Shown here: positions 49,429 to 59,112 of the stretch, one piece after another
Numbering within the stretch: the stretch's first letter is position 1
How the letters are laid out: each line of letters starts with the position of its first letter
Source of the DNA: a virus
Taxonomy: Duplodnaviria; Caudoviricetes
Virus record (IMG/VR): IMGVR_UViG_3300032167_000006
Reading direction: 5' to 3' (one strand)
Length of the DNA stretch: 64,000 bases
Notes under the pieces: model-generated
The model's database searches: none
Told to the model about the DNA's origin: nothing
The model's input: the letters and a program-made list of their open reading frames with translations, nothing else
Position numbers and translations under genes: made by a program

Positions 49429-51678
49429 ATGAGTTGGAGTATACTTGGTAGAAGTACTTTTTTTGAAGTTATATATGAAGATGGAATTCCAATTATATGG
49501 ATAGATAAAAGTGGTACTCTTAGCACCGGTAAATACGTACCTAAAGGTACAATATTAAAAATTGAAAAATTCGAATATGAACAAGTCAAACGTAAATATG
49601 GAAAGATAATAGAAGCATACGATACAAAATTTTCTAGAATTACAACATATGATGGTTATTTAATCCCTGCAGAAACTATTAGCGGCCTATATGCTGATTG
49701 GTTAGTTATGTCAGCTTTACGTGCATTAACTGATAAAGAAATTAATGAAATCAATAAACAAATTACTAATAATAATAGCGGAAATACTGGTAGTGGCGAT
49801 AGTACCGGTAATACTGAACCAACTCCAACTTTAAAAAGATGGAACGATGATTTAATAAAAATAAAAGAATTTACTATAGTATCGCCAACTAAACTTTATT
49901 CTGCAAATAATGGTGCTCTTTCTAGCAGCCATAAAGTTACCATACCAAGTAGTCCTAGTGTAACTGTGACTGTAGAGTATGATGAAAAACTTGATGCTAT
50001 GAAAATTACAGGCCCAAATACAGATAATGTAAAAAAATATCTAGGTTATTATATAAAGGATCCTGCTACAGTAGTTAAACCGACTCAAGCAACAGCTCAG
50101 ACAACTACTGAAGCAAGACAAGAACAAATTAAAATACAAGCAGAAGCTGCAAAAGAAACAACAAAAGAAGAGAATGTAGTAACTGAAGAAATTGAAACTG
50201 ATGAATCTTTTAATTCTTTCACTACTGAACTAATTAGCGCTAACGAATATGAAAAACAATTAAGTGAAGGTCTTGACATTAAAGATCTTAGAGGTATAAT
50301 GGGCTTACCACACCAGTTTTTACCAGTGGCAGATCCAAGAATAACATCTTCTGCAGAAGGATCAAGTATTGGGGAAACTAATAAGTTTGGAAGGGTGTAT
50401 TCTGAAAAGGTACTTAAACATATACCATTATTACTTATGACTCCAGGTGTTCCTAAATTTATGTCTCAATATAATAAAAAATCACGAGAGTCAATGTTAA
50501 GTGCAATTTTTAATAACGACGGTCTTGATAATTATGCTCCATTAAAGAAAAAATTTGGATTAGATGGAATTTTTGGTGAAAAAATGGGTAAATTTTATTC
50601 TTTAATGTTTGCATATACTGAATATTATTACTACGTAAATGCTATGCTTAGAGCCGCTGCAGTTTTCTTAGGAATAAGCGGAAAAACAATAGATGGTAAA
50701 AAAATAGCAGCCTTAAACTGGGAAGATCAAACTGGCACTATGAGTAATGATGTACTTTATGATAATAAGTTTAGTAAGTTTTTAAAACCATACGCTAATG
50801 CTGTAGCATTTTATGTTGATGCTGGGACAACAGTAGATGATTCTTTTAGCAATGGTACAACAGAATCTAGCCTTGTTGCTGGTACAGTTAATGGATTAAG
50901 TGATAGTGCTAGAGAGTATAACTTCCTTTTAGGTTCTGTTGGTAGTAGTATTGGATTTCAATATGATGCGCTACAACAACAAGAAGCCACTAATAAAATA
51001 AATGATGTTATAACTAATATAGATAAAGCCTTAGGAAAGACTGGTATATTTAGTCGTATTTTAGGCAATGGTACAGCTATACTTGCAGGTGGTAGAATCA
51101 TATTCCCTGAGATATGGTCTGATTCATCATTCTCAAGATCTTATTCTTGTTCTATGAAATTAGTATCACCTAGCGGAGATAAACTCAGTGTATTTTGGAA
51201 TATATTAGTTCCGATATATCATCTTCTTGCATTTACATTACCAAGAGAAGCTACTGATCAGGCATACTTTTCACCATTCTTAGTAAGAGCCTATTATAAA
51301 GGATTATTTAATGTAGATATGGGAATTGTAACATCTTTAAATATAACTAAGGGTGAAGAAGGAGAATGGACTCCTGATGGTATACCAACTGTAGCGAATA
51401 TAAGTTTTGAAATAAAAGATCTTTATAATGGTATATATATGAGTAAGCAAAATAAAACAGGTGATGCTAGAGGTATATTGACTAATACAGCAGAATTAGA
51501 TTATATAGCAAACTCATGTGGTATTAATATAAATGATCAAGAAATTGGTAGAATGATTAAATTAGGTGCTATTTATTTTGGTACTACTATAACAGATGCT
51601 ATTTCATTAGGAATATTCACAAGAGTTGGTCAGTTCTTTAATCAAAAAATGAATAATATATTTGGTCGTTTTAAATAA
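49429..51678 (+). CDS. Putative virion structural (baseplate/tail-associated) protein
   Basis: 749 aa, follows the tape-measure gene; C-terminal FPEIW.DS.FSRSY...SPFLVRA...MGIVTSL.ITKG...W..DG.PT...ISFEI resembles tube/hub-fold proteins. Confidence 0.55.
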   Translation: MSWSILGRSTFFEVIYEDGIPIIWIDKSGTLSTGKYVPKGTILKIEKFEYEQVKRKYGKIIEAYDTKFSRITTYDGYLIPAETISGLYADWLVMSALRALTDKEINEINKQITNNNSGNTGSGDSTGNTEPTPTLKRWNDDLIKIKEFTIVSPTKLYSANNGALSSSHKVTIPSSPSVTVTVEYDEKLDAMKITGPNTDNVKKYLGYYIKDPATVVKPTQATAQTTTEARQEQIKIQAEAAKETTKEENVVTEEIETDESFNSFTTELISANEYEKQLSEGLDIKDLRGIMGLPHQFLPVADPRITSSAEGSSIGETNKFGRVYSEKVLKHIPLLLMTPGVPKFMSQYNKKSRESMLSAIFNNDGLDNYAPLKKKFGLDGIFGEKMGKFYSLMFAYTEYYYYVNAMLRAAAVFLGISGKTIDGKKIAALNWEDQTGTMSNDVLYDNKFSKFLKPYANAVAFYVDAGTTVDDSFSNGTTESSLVAGTVNGLSDSAREYNFLLGSVGSSIGFQYDALQQQEATNKINDVITNIDKALGKTGIFSRILGNGTAILAGGRIIFPEIWSDSSFSRSYSCSMKLVSPSGDKLSVFWNILVPIYHLLAFTLPREATDQAYFSPFLVRAYYKGLFNVDMGIVTSLNITKGEEGEWTPDGIPTVANISFEIKDLYNGIYMSKQNKTGDARGILTNTAELDYIANSCGININDQEIGRMIKLGAIYFGTTITDAISLGIFTRVGQFFNQKMNNIFGRFK

Positions 51679-51691
51679 ATATTATATATAT

Positions 51692-51704
51692 TACATATGA
51701 GTAA
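51692..51704 (+). promoter_or_regulatory. Putative late promoter TACA-tatgag-TAA
   Basis: +1 lies 43 nt before ATG 51746 and falls inside the 5' arm of a hairpin. Confidence 0.5.
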
Positions 51705-51724
51705 GTAGCGAAAGCTACTTACTC
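51699..51724 (+). terminator. Hairpin, GAAA tetraloop
   Basis: gagtaagtagc-gaaa-gctacttactc followed by ttgtattgtt. Confidence 0.65.
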
Positions 51725-51745
51725 TTGTATTGTTGAGGTTTACTT

Positions 51746-52456
51746 ATGAAGAACAAAAAACAAAAATTATTAGAATATGATTCTAAATATGGACATATTC
51801 CAAAAGATTATGAACAAAGATTAGAGTATTTATACCATACACTTAATATTGATGATAATAAATCAGATGAAATTATTCAAGCCAGAAATAATTTTATTTG
51901 TTCTACTTATTATCAAACAATTAGACTTGTTATATATGAGATACCTGAATATACCCCGAGACCAAGAGCCAGGTTAATACATCGTGCTGGTATTATAAAT
52001 GCTGTTACTGGAGGTCATGATTTTATTCAAGTTTATTCAATTACAGGTAGACAGAATCGTGAATTTATGAAAATGTATACTAAAGAGAATTTACAAGAAT
52101 TAGAACAGCTTCTTTGTACACCATGTGATATCGAATATAAAACATATTTTCCTACACCATCTTATTATAATAAAACACAAATATTTTTAGCAGAAATTGG
52201 TCTCGATAGACCAATTATTAAACCAGATTTTGATAATATTGAGAAATCATACAGTGACGCATTCACTGGTAATATTTGGATTGACGATATAATTGTAGTT
52301 GATGCTACAATTAGAAAATACTATTCTGTATTACCAAGAGTTGAAATTGATTTGAAATTTGCAAATCAATTATGTAATCATCACCAGTATAAAGCAATGA
52401 TAAAGAGGAAGGATTTTACCGATGAAATGAAAGTAAATTATTTCGGAGGTAAATAG
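51746..52456 (+). CDS. rusA: RusA-like Holliday junction resolvase
   Basis: PRPR near the N-terminal part of the domain, KPDFDNIEK...DA..G.IWIDD..V and PRVEI motifs. Confidence 0.75.
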   Translation: MKNKKQKLLEYDSKYGHIPKDYEQRLEYLYHTLNIDDNKSDEIIQARNNFICSTYYQTIRLVIYEIPEYTPRPRARLIHRAGIINAVTGGHDFIQVYSITGRQNREFMKMYTKENLQELEQLLCTPCDIEYKTYFPTPSYYNKTQIFLAEIGLDRPIIKPDFDNIEKSYSDAFTGNIWIDDIIVVDATIRKYYSVLPRVEIDLKFANQLCNHHQYKAMIKRKDFTDEMKVNYFGGK

Positions 52457-52735
52457 ATGAGTAAACTTAAAGAAGCTTATGATATTAGAAAAGAATTAAT
52501 TTCTAAAGATATCACTAAGCTTGGTAATATTCTTAAGAAAAATAATAATATAGAAACTATTAATATTAATCCTGACAATACAATATATTTAGAATCTGAA
52601 TGCGGTATAGATTCTATAAAAAATACTTTAGATTTAAGTGTGCAAAAATTGGTGAATAGGAAAATTAATGCTCCTATAAATATGGTATATAATACATTAC
52701 CTTTAACTAATAATACTTGTATTATTAGATTTTAA
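52457..52735 (+). CDS. Hypothetical protein
   Basis: 92 aa, RBS GGAGGT inside the end of rusA. Confidence 0.65.
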   Translation: MSKLKEAYDIRKELISKDITKLGNILKKNNNIETININPDNTIYLESECGIDSIKNTLDLSVQKLVNRKINAPINMVYNTLPLTNNTCIIRF

Positions 52736-52759
52736 AAGTTATTAAAAACAAAAAGTATG

Positions 52760-52783
52760 CCCGTAGGGAGTAATCCCTACGGG
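52760..52783. terminator. Bidirectional hairpin, GTAA tetraloop
   Basis: cccgtaggga-gtaa-tccctacggg between convergent genes. Confidence 0.8.
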
Positions 52784-52787
52784 TCTT

Positions 52788-52891
52788 TTCACGTTATTAA
52801 TGTGTGTATATTTAGTTGTCGTACGTCTGGGTTTTGTAATATTAAATTGTAATTTTTGATAATGTATATTATATATAGTTAATAACGTGAA
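52788..52891. repeat. Long intergenic inverted repeat (13-bp perfect arms)
   Basis: ttcacgttattaa (52788-52800) and ttaataacgtgaa (52879-52891). Confidence 0.8.
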
Positions 52892-52898
52892 CTATCTT

Positions 52899-53879
52899 TT
52901 AGAGATTGGTAAGATACTCATCTATGAATTCTTCATTTACATTAGCCATGTTAGTTGTATTTACCATCTCAAGCATAGTATATATTAATTGCGCAGAATT
53001 AACTATTCCATCCATATCTACTGCGCCTTCATGCATAAAATGAGACTTGAGAGCCTCATCTTTAAACACTGATGTTGTAAGAGCTTCAACCATATATCCA
53101 AATACAGAATTATCTCTAGTTGCTTTCTTCTCATTAATTTTACGTTTAGCTAAACTTAAATAAGATTCAGCTACTACATCATCACTACCATCAATAGCAT
53201 GAACTTTATCCTGTGCGTGCTTAATAATTTCTTCATATTCAATCTTATTAGCAGTATTAGTATCAATGAAATTAGTAATAGCATCAGCAACTCTATCTTT
53301 AATAGCTTTAGCAGCATCAGCAGCATCAACATCTTCGAGCTCTTTATAAAAATCATCAACAGTATTCTGATCTAATGTTTCTCCACCTATTTGGCCCCAG
53401 TTTTCAACACTGTCGTCACAGCAATCAAAACCTTCAAGAACTCTATCATAATATTTCTTAGTAATTCTGCTAAACTCAGAGAGAATTAAATTCTTTGTAG
53501 CAAATGAATTAATAAGATTTCCAGCACCATTCTCAACAACAAATTTATTTACAAGGTTACGAGAAACTACTTTATCTCTTGAAGTCATTGGGAATCCTAC
53601 TGATTCTTTATAAAGTTTATAAATACATTCTGCCATGAATGCTTCTTTAATTTTAGTCAATCTTTCAGATCTTGTTATAGATGAATTAATACGAGCTTCA
53701 TTATATTCTTTTTGCTGCTCAAAATAAGCTTCACGCTCACGCTGTTCAGCAGTCTGTTCAGCAATAATTTTATCTTGTTCAGATGCAAGTAAATCAGCTT
53801 GCTGCTCACGATACATACGATCAAGTTGAGAAGCACTAAGAAGCATATTATCTGTAGCTTTATTCATATTATAAATCAT
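52899..53879 (-). CDS. Putative virion (head-associated) protein
   Basis: 326 aa, acidic and helical, RBS AAGGAGG, own late-type promoter; function inferred from context only. Confidence 0.55.
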   Translation of the reverse strand: MIYNMNKATDNMLLSASQLDRMYREQQADLLASEQDKIIAEQTAEQREREAYFEQQKEYNEARINSSITRSERLTKIKEAFMAECIYKLYKESVGFPMTSRDKVVSRNLVNKFVVENGAGNLINSFATKNLILSEFSRITKKYYDRVLEGFDCCDDSVENWGQIGGETLDQNTVDDFYKELEDVDAADAAKAIKDRVADAITNFIDTNTANKIEYEEIIKHAQDKVHAIDGSDDVVAESYLSLAKRKINEKKATRDNSVFGYMVEALTTSVFKDEALKSHFMHEGAVDMDGIVNSAQLIYTMLEMVNTTNMANVNEEFIDEYLTNL

Positions 53880-53902
53880 TAGTTCGTACCTCCTTTATAG
53901 TC

Positions 53903-53915
53903 TTATTTAAATGTT
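53903..53915 (-). promoter_or_regulatory. Putative late promoter AACA-tttaaa-TAA
   Basis: +1 lies 25 nt upstream of the start at 53879. Confidence 0.75.
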
Positions 53916-53922
53916 TTGATAT

Positions 53923-56900
53923 TTAATAAACTGCAATAGTTATATCTGCAGTACCATCTGCTGTAGTAGATATATTTAAAAATTCAGGGCAAATATCTGC
54001 ACTAACTTGCTCATCAAGATATATATGCTGACAAGCAGCACCATAATTATTTACATCTAAGAATTCAAAATATGTTAATTGCTCTCTATAATTATTTGTA
54101 ATAAGTGTAATAATATTAGGAATATGAAGTTCATTAATCTCATTAATATCTTCGATATATTCTTTAACATCAATGACAATATCATCACTTATATACTTAT
54201 CTGCAGATGTGTTAGCTTCAAGAGCAAATTTCATTGATAATGCGACGTTATCAATATAATTAGTAACTTTAGTTGTATCTGCTAATTTAATCCAGCCTTC
54301 ATATGGCGATGTAATATAACCCCATTGACCTTTAACTTTAGTTATATTAATTTGATCACCTATAGATAAAGTTCCAACAACATTAGTGTCTTCTTCGCTC
54401 TCAGTATTTTTAAACACTTTAAGTTTTTTAGTAATAACACGAACTTTATACTCTTGAGAAGATGGAATGCTATAATAAAACATTTTAGACGGTCCATATG
54501 TATTAAAGAATTTAAAATCTATATCGAAAGTATCTTCTAATATATATAAGCATTCTTCAATATATTTACGTCTTGTTTCAAGATCATATACAAAATCTTG
54601 TACAAGTTCTTCGGTATTAAGATAATCATTTTTTATCAAAGGAATTCTTTTGATAGCATAATTATATACATAACCACCATCTTCATTTACTTCATATAAT
54701 GGTTTATATGATATAATTTCATTGCCATTGCTATCAAATCTTATAAATTTTTCACATTTAGGCGTATTATCAGAATCTAATAATGGTATCTGATCTACTG
54801 TAACAGTACTTCTCATCATAGAACTATAATCATAATAGAAATCAATACCGCCATCAACGGTCATTATATTACATAATGTATATCCAGTTAAATCTACAAA
54901 ACTATAGTTTTCAATAACACTGATTGATTTTGGATCTTTAAGTAATGTTTCTTGCACAAAGTCAGAATATCTGTTAGTTCTAAGATATCTAAGTATAGCA
55001 GTTTCATCTTTTGATTCATTGCCATTAAACTCTTGAACTTTTTTAATATATTCCTCTTCACCTTGTATTATACTAATTACATTTAGTCTTATTATCTCAC
55101 CATTATCAGTATATTCATAGTAAATATTATTTTTTAAGAAAGCGTCAATAACATCTTCTTTTGTTGGTAAAACATTATCAATACTAGTTCTATTATTTAC
55201 TGTAGATTCATTTAATAATGTAACTTCAGTCTTAGTACCATTAACATTTTCTATTATAGTTCCAATATTAGTTCCAAGATCAGCAAGAATAAATATTTTA
55301 GCAAAAGTATTCTTATTCATATAACCATGTGAATTCTCTATACTACCTTTATGCTGTAATTCTTCATTGCCACAGTTATAAATTCCAGTAATATTTATAC
55401 GATTATTTAAATCCATATAATCGTCTGTTCCCATATTAAATTTAAATGTATAAATAAATGATTTTGGATCATAGTCTGTTAGCTCTGCTTCAACGTATCT
55501 ATACGGATGAGTTTCTGTTTCATCTGTATAAAGAACCATTACCATACGAATGTATACATCTTCTTTATTCCAAATAACTTCACCATTAGAATCATAAGTA
55601 TGCTTAACTAATCCATAATCGGTATTAATATTATTCTGAGTCATAACGACTTCCATTGTATACTTATTATCTACTTCATGTGTGTTATCTTTATTAAATA
55701 CATAACCACGCTTCCAATTCATATTAGTTGCAATGAATTGTAAATCAGATTCAGTATTAATATTATCAAAAGCAAATGTTTTATTATCATTCATTATAGT
55801 AAGAAAATATGAAGATATTAAATCATCATCAATAGTAATAGCAAATGGTGTAGTATATTCAAATACTCTAACCATATTACCATCTTTATTAACTATCATA
55901 GGATATGGATATTCTTCTTTATCTAATCCTTCTATTAAATTAGATGGTGGTATTATAGTAGCAAAATCATTATCTACATCTGTACCATGGTCATAATAAT
56001 AAAACTTAGCTCCAGGTTTAATAACAAGATTATTATTACCAGAAAATCCTTCAAAATCAGTTTGTTTTATTCTTACATTTAGCGTATTAGTTGGATATAC
56101 ATTGCCATCTTTTCTCATAAGCATATATGTATAATACATACGCTCAAATTGATTATCTTTCTTTTTCTTAAAATATAATTTACATTCATCATCATTAATT
56201 GAATTAAAGAAATTATTAAGATCAGATGTGTTTATAATAGCCCCACGTGAAGATGCTTCTCTAGGAATTATTTTTCTAATATCTGCTATAGACTTTTTAT
56301 CTCTACCTGTTGTTGATATACCATCTAATAACGGATATATATAAGCGTACATGCCGTTGTAATTATTATAAGTTTCTGATTTAAGGCTGATTTTAAAATT
56401 ATTATTATAAGTGAAGTTACCACTAGCACCTTCAGATGTTTGTATATTAACCTTAACTACAGCATTCATTGACGGCATATATGAATCAGGTGAGAATAAT
56501 ACTCTTATAGTATTTTCATTAATAAAGCTGTAATAACACCAAGAACCATCTTGTATTGTATAATCTATAAGACCAGAATATACAGGGGTTAAGTGGGTGG
56601 TTACTCCATTTTCAATTACATCAACGTCAAATGCAGCTAACTGTCCTGTGAAGTCAAATGTAACTGCTTTATTTTCTATAGGGCTACTGGTAAGAATATT
56701 CTTTGATACTGTGGTTAGAGTAACCTGATGCAATCTTGCAGAGAATGCTACAAAATCAGTTCTATCTATAGTACATTGCATAACTGTAGTAATATATGGG
56801 TTTGTCATATCTGATATAGGATTACTTTGTTTAACCTCAGTAGTACCAGTTTTAAATAAATCATATATAGCAGTATATACGTATTTACCTTGAGGATTTT

Positions 56901-57363
56901 TTGTTCTTGTAAATATTACATCATAATCCAAATGAAATTCATGAGAACCAACCATTATTGGGCATTCTCTTGATAAAATAAATTTAGCTTTACCTGTGGT
57001 TTCATTTATCTCTGTAAAATTTGCTTCCATGTAAGTTATAGGTAAATATATCATCATGGTCATTACAGCAGGTTTAGCATATATATCAGAAATGCCAAGA
57101 TTCATTGCATGATTAATAACATTTTTACTAAATTTAGCCCTTGTTGGTATTGTTTCATTAACATTTTCGGATATTACAACAAGAGAGTTTTGTAATGTTT
57201 GTGAGAACATTTCGTTCATATATCCGAATATACCAACTGTCGAGGAGGTATTATCAATATCAGTTATATTATCGTGTCTTACTTGATCTAAGAATTCTGT
57301 TATTTCATAAATATCAGTACTTAATATATTTTGATTATCTGTATTTGTATTAGTAGATGCCAT
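53923..57363 (-). CDS. Baseplate wedge-like structural protein with an SH3b-like insertion
   Basis: N-terminal E..P.RAK...NV..HA..LG....AKPA pattern, TSEGASGN, DL..FF; SH3b-like segment near the C-terminus. Confidence 0.6.
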   Translation of the reverse strand: MASTNTNTDNQNILSTDIYEITEFLDQVRHDNITDIDNTSSTVGIFGYMNEMFSQTLQNSLVVISENVNETIPTRAKFSKNVINHAMNLGISDIYAKPAVMTMMIYLPITYMEANFTEINETTGKAKFILSRECPIMVGSHEFHLDYDVIFTRTKNPQGKYVYTAIYDLFKTGTTEVKQSNPISDMTNPYITTVMQCTIDRTDFVAFSARLHQVTLTTVSKNILTSSPIENKAVTFDFTGQLAAFDVDVIENGVTTHLTPVYSGLIDYTIQDGSWCYYSFINENTIRVLFSPDSYMPSMNAVVKVNIQTSEGASGNFTYNNNFKISLKSETYNNYNGMYAYIYPLLDGISTTGRDKKSIADIRKIIPREASSRGAIINTSDLNNFFNSINDDECKLYFKKKKDNQFERMYYTYMLMRKDGNVYPTNTLNVRIKQTDFEGFSGNNNLVIKPGAKFYYYDHGTDVDNDFATIIPPSNLIEGLDKEEYPYPMIVNKDGNMVRVFEYTTPFAITIDDDLISSYFLTIMNDNKTFAFDNINTESDLQFIATNMNWKRGYVFNKDNTHEVDNKYTMEVVMTQNNINTDYGLVKHTYDSNGEVIWNKEDVYIRMVMVLYTDETETHPYRYVEAELTDYDPKSFIYTFKFNMGTDDYMDLNNRINITGIYNCGNEELQHKGSIENSHGYMNKNTFAKIFILADLGTNIGTIIENVNGTKTEVTLLNESTVNNRTSIDNVLPTKEDVIDAFLKNNIYYEYTDNGEIIRLNVISIIQGEEEYIKKVQEFNGNESKDETAILRYLRTNRYSDFVQETLLKDPKSISVIENYSFVDLTGYTLCNIMTVDGGIDFYYDYSSMMRSTVTVDQIPLLDSDNTPKCEKFIRFDSNGNEIISYKPLYEVNEDGGYVYNYAIKRIPLIKNDYLNTEELVQDFVYDLETRRKYIEECLYILEDTFDIDFKFFNTYGPSKMFYYSIPSSQEYKVRVITKKLKVFKNTESEEDTNVVGTLSIGDQINITKVKGQWGYITSPYEGWIKLADTTKVTNYIDNVALSMKFALEANTSADKYISDDIVIDVKEYIEDINEINELHIPNIITLITNNYREQLTYFEFLDVNNYGAACQHIYLDEQVSADICPEFLNISTTADGTADITIAVY

Positions 57364-57380
57364 ATTTTAATATCCCTCCT

Positions 57381-58472
57381 TTAAATATTATTTGTCCATT
57401 TTAATTTATAAATTCGTGATTTTCCAGTGCCAGATTTACGTACATTTTGTAAATATTCTTCATCAGCAGTTGTCGGAACAATCACAGGCCATCTGACCCA
57501 GCTATTATCTACAGAAGATAAATCATAATTATAAGTATTTACAAAAGTAGGTCTTATAACATTACCATTAGAATCGACTTTATTTTTTGCAGGGGTTATT
57601 CTATTAAATTCACTTAAAATCATTGGATTATTATCCTCTACAAATTGAGCATGGAAAGATGCTGAATATTTAAATCCGTCATTTCCAGGATCTCCAAAAT
57701 CATTTCTTGGCACATCTGTAAAAAAGCAACCTGTTAATTTAGCATAATATAAAATAGTCTCTCCATCACTGCCTATTAAGAATTTATAAATAGAAAATTG
57801 TTCTGATAGTATTTTATTTATTATATAATCTTCAAATGGTGAAACTTCTCCCATTTTAAGCATTCTTATATATTCATCATATGCTTTAAGTAAAGTATAA
57901 ATTTCAAGTCGAGCAGTATCAGAAAAACTTAGTGAGAAATCATATCCATTATCTGATTTAAAACTATGACCCCTATATTGGATATTGACTCCCATAATAT
58001 TAGAGGTGGATTCTCTAGATTCAGATGATATAGATGGCAAATCTAATTTAGAAGTTACAGCATTTGATAACAAATACATAAATGGATTTTTTACTCCATT
58101 TCTATCTTTTAAAGAATATTGTAACTGCTTTAAAGCGTCTCCATGCCTATTATCAGCATCGACAAAAAATGGAATTACTGATAATTCTTTTCTAAGTGTA
58201 GATTGACTATAAGATTTTCCATCATAAATCCATAAATCTGGTTTTGTGAAGAATAAAAATTCTCTACTTATTTGATCTGTATTATATGGATCTACATATC
58301 CAAATCTACTAAACTTATCATACCACTCAATATCATCTCTAGAAAATATTTTATTTGAAGCTAAAACTTTATCAAGATCATTAATCTTGATTTGTCTATA
58401 ACTATCAGCATAATTTATTTTATTTTTATTTTTAGGATCACTTAATGGTTCCATAAAAGTATGTTGCGCCAT
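57381..58472 (-). CDS. Putative tail-tube/baseplate-fold structural protein
   Basis: FLFFTKPDL, FSLSFSD, IYKF...DGETILYYAKLTG.F..DVP; lies upstream of the wedge-like gene. Confidence 0.5.
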   Translation of the reverse strand: MAQHTFMEPLSDPKNKNKINYADSYRQIKINDLDKVLASNKIFSRDDIEWYDKFSRFGYVDPYNTDQISREFLFFTKPDLWIYDGKSYSQSTLRKELSVIPFFVDADNRHGDALKQLQYSLKDRNGVKNPFMYLLSNAVTSKLDLPSISSESRESTSNIMGVNIQYRGHSFKSDNGYDFSLSFSDTARLEIYTLLKAYDEYIRMLKMGEVSPFEDYIINKILSEQFSIYKFLIGSDGETILYYAKLTGCFFTDVPRNDFGDPGNDGFKYSASFHAQFVEDNNPMILSEFNRITPAKNKVDSNGNVIRPTFVNTYNYDLSSVDNSWVRWPVIVPTTADEEYLQNVRKSGTGKSRIYKLKWTNNI

Positions 58473-58498
58473 ATATTCTCACCTCTCTTATTAACTAA

Positions 58499-58511
58499 TT
58501 ATATCTATGTT
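58499..58511 (-). promoter_or_regulatory. Putative late promoter AACA-tagata-TAA
   Basis: +1 lies 28 nt upstream of the start at 58472. Confidence 0.75.
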
Positions 58512-58586
58512 TTGGGCATGTAAATATACCTAAACCTCTATAACAAAAGCAATTATAATTGCATAATATAATAGTAGAAACTTATG

Positions 58587-59060
58587 AAGAGATTGTAATT
58601 TACATAGCTTTTTACATTATATTTAAATCAAACCTGCACATTTATAGTTATTGAATTTAATTCAATTAAAGTTATTATCGAAAGGAATGATTTAAATATG
58701 GCTGAAAAATATTTGAAAACTGGAGCTCTTAACCCTGCTTGGTGTGACGAACAATATGTAGCACATCAAACTGAACGTATCATGGATGGATTGGAGGATT
58801 TTCTTAATGGTGATATAGATGCAAATCTTAGTTTAGATTTAGGAGATAATGTATCTTTAAATATATCTGGAAAAAGAACAAATAATAAATCCATGTGCGA
58901 ATTAGTTGGAATTGACGAAAAAGATTACGAAGCAAAATTTAATTTCATCAAGCAGCATAGTGATAATCCAGAAGATTTAAAATTAGCTAGAGAGATTATT
59001 GGATTAAATACTTGATAAAGTATATATTTGGCTTAAAGCCACGTAAAACTACAATCTCTT
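58587..59060. repeat. About 26-bp imperfect inverted repeat bracketing ORF 58698..59015
   Basis: aagagattgtaatttacatagcttt (58587-58611) versus aaagccacgtaaaactacaatctctt (59035-59060). Confidence 0.75.
58698..59015 (+). CDS. Hypothetical protein
   Basis: 105 aa, RBS AAAGGA. Confidence 0.7.
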   Translation: MAEKYLKTGALNPAWCDEQYVAHQTERIMDGLEDFLNGDIDANLSLDLGDNVSLNISGKRTNNKSMCELVGIDEKDYEAKFNFIKQHSDNPEDLKLAREIIGLNT

Positions 59061-59076
59061 TATTTTTTTGCTATAA

Positions 59077-59089
59077 AACATAATATTAA
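59077..59089 (+). promoter_or_regulatory. Putative late promoter AACA-taatat-TAA
   Basis: +1 lies 25 nt before ATG 59113. Confidence 0.75.
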
Positions 59090-59112
59090 ATATTGAAAGG
59101 AGGTCTATTAAG

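Noticed and set aside
49395-49589. 64-aa minus-strand ORF
   Set aside because: Antisense to the start and promoter of 49429..51678; no RBS
51746-52735. TAG immediately followed by in-frame ATG: read-through or stop-codon recoding
   Set aside because: The second gene has its own GGAGGT RBS, and very long ORFs are intact under the standard code, so there is no sign of reassignment
58551-58580. AT-rich segment as an early (virion RNAP) promoter for ORF 58698
   Set aside because: Single instance in very AT-rich DNA; no consensus can be derived from this window
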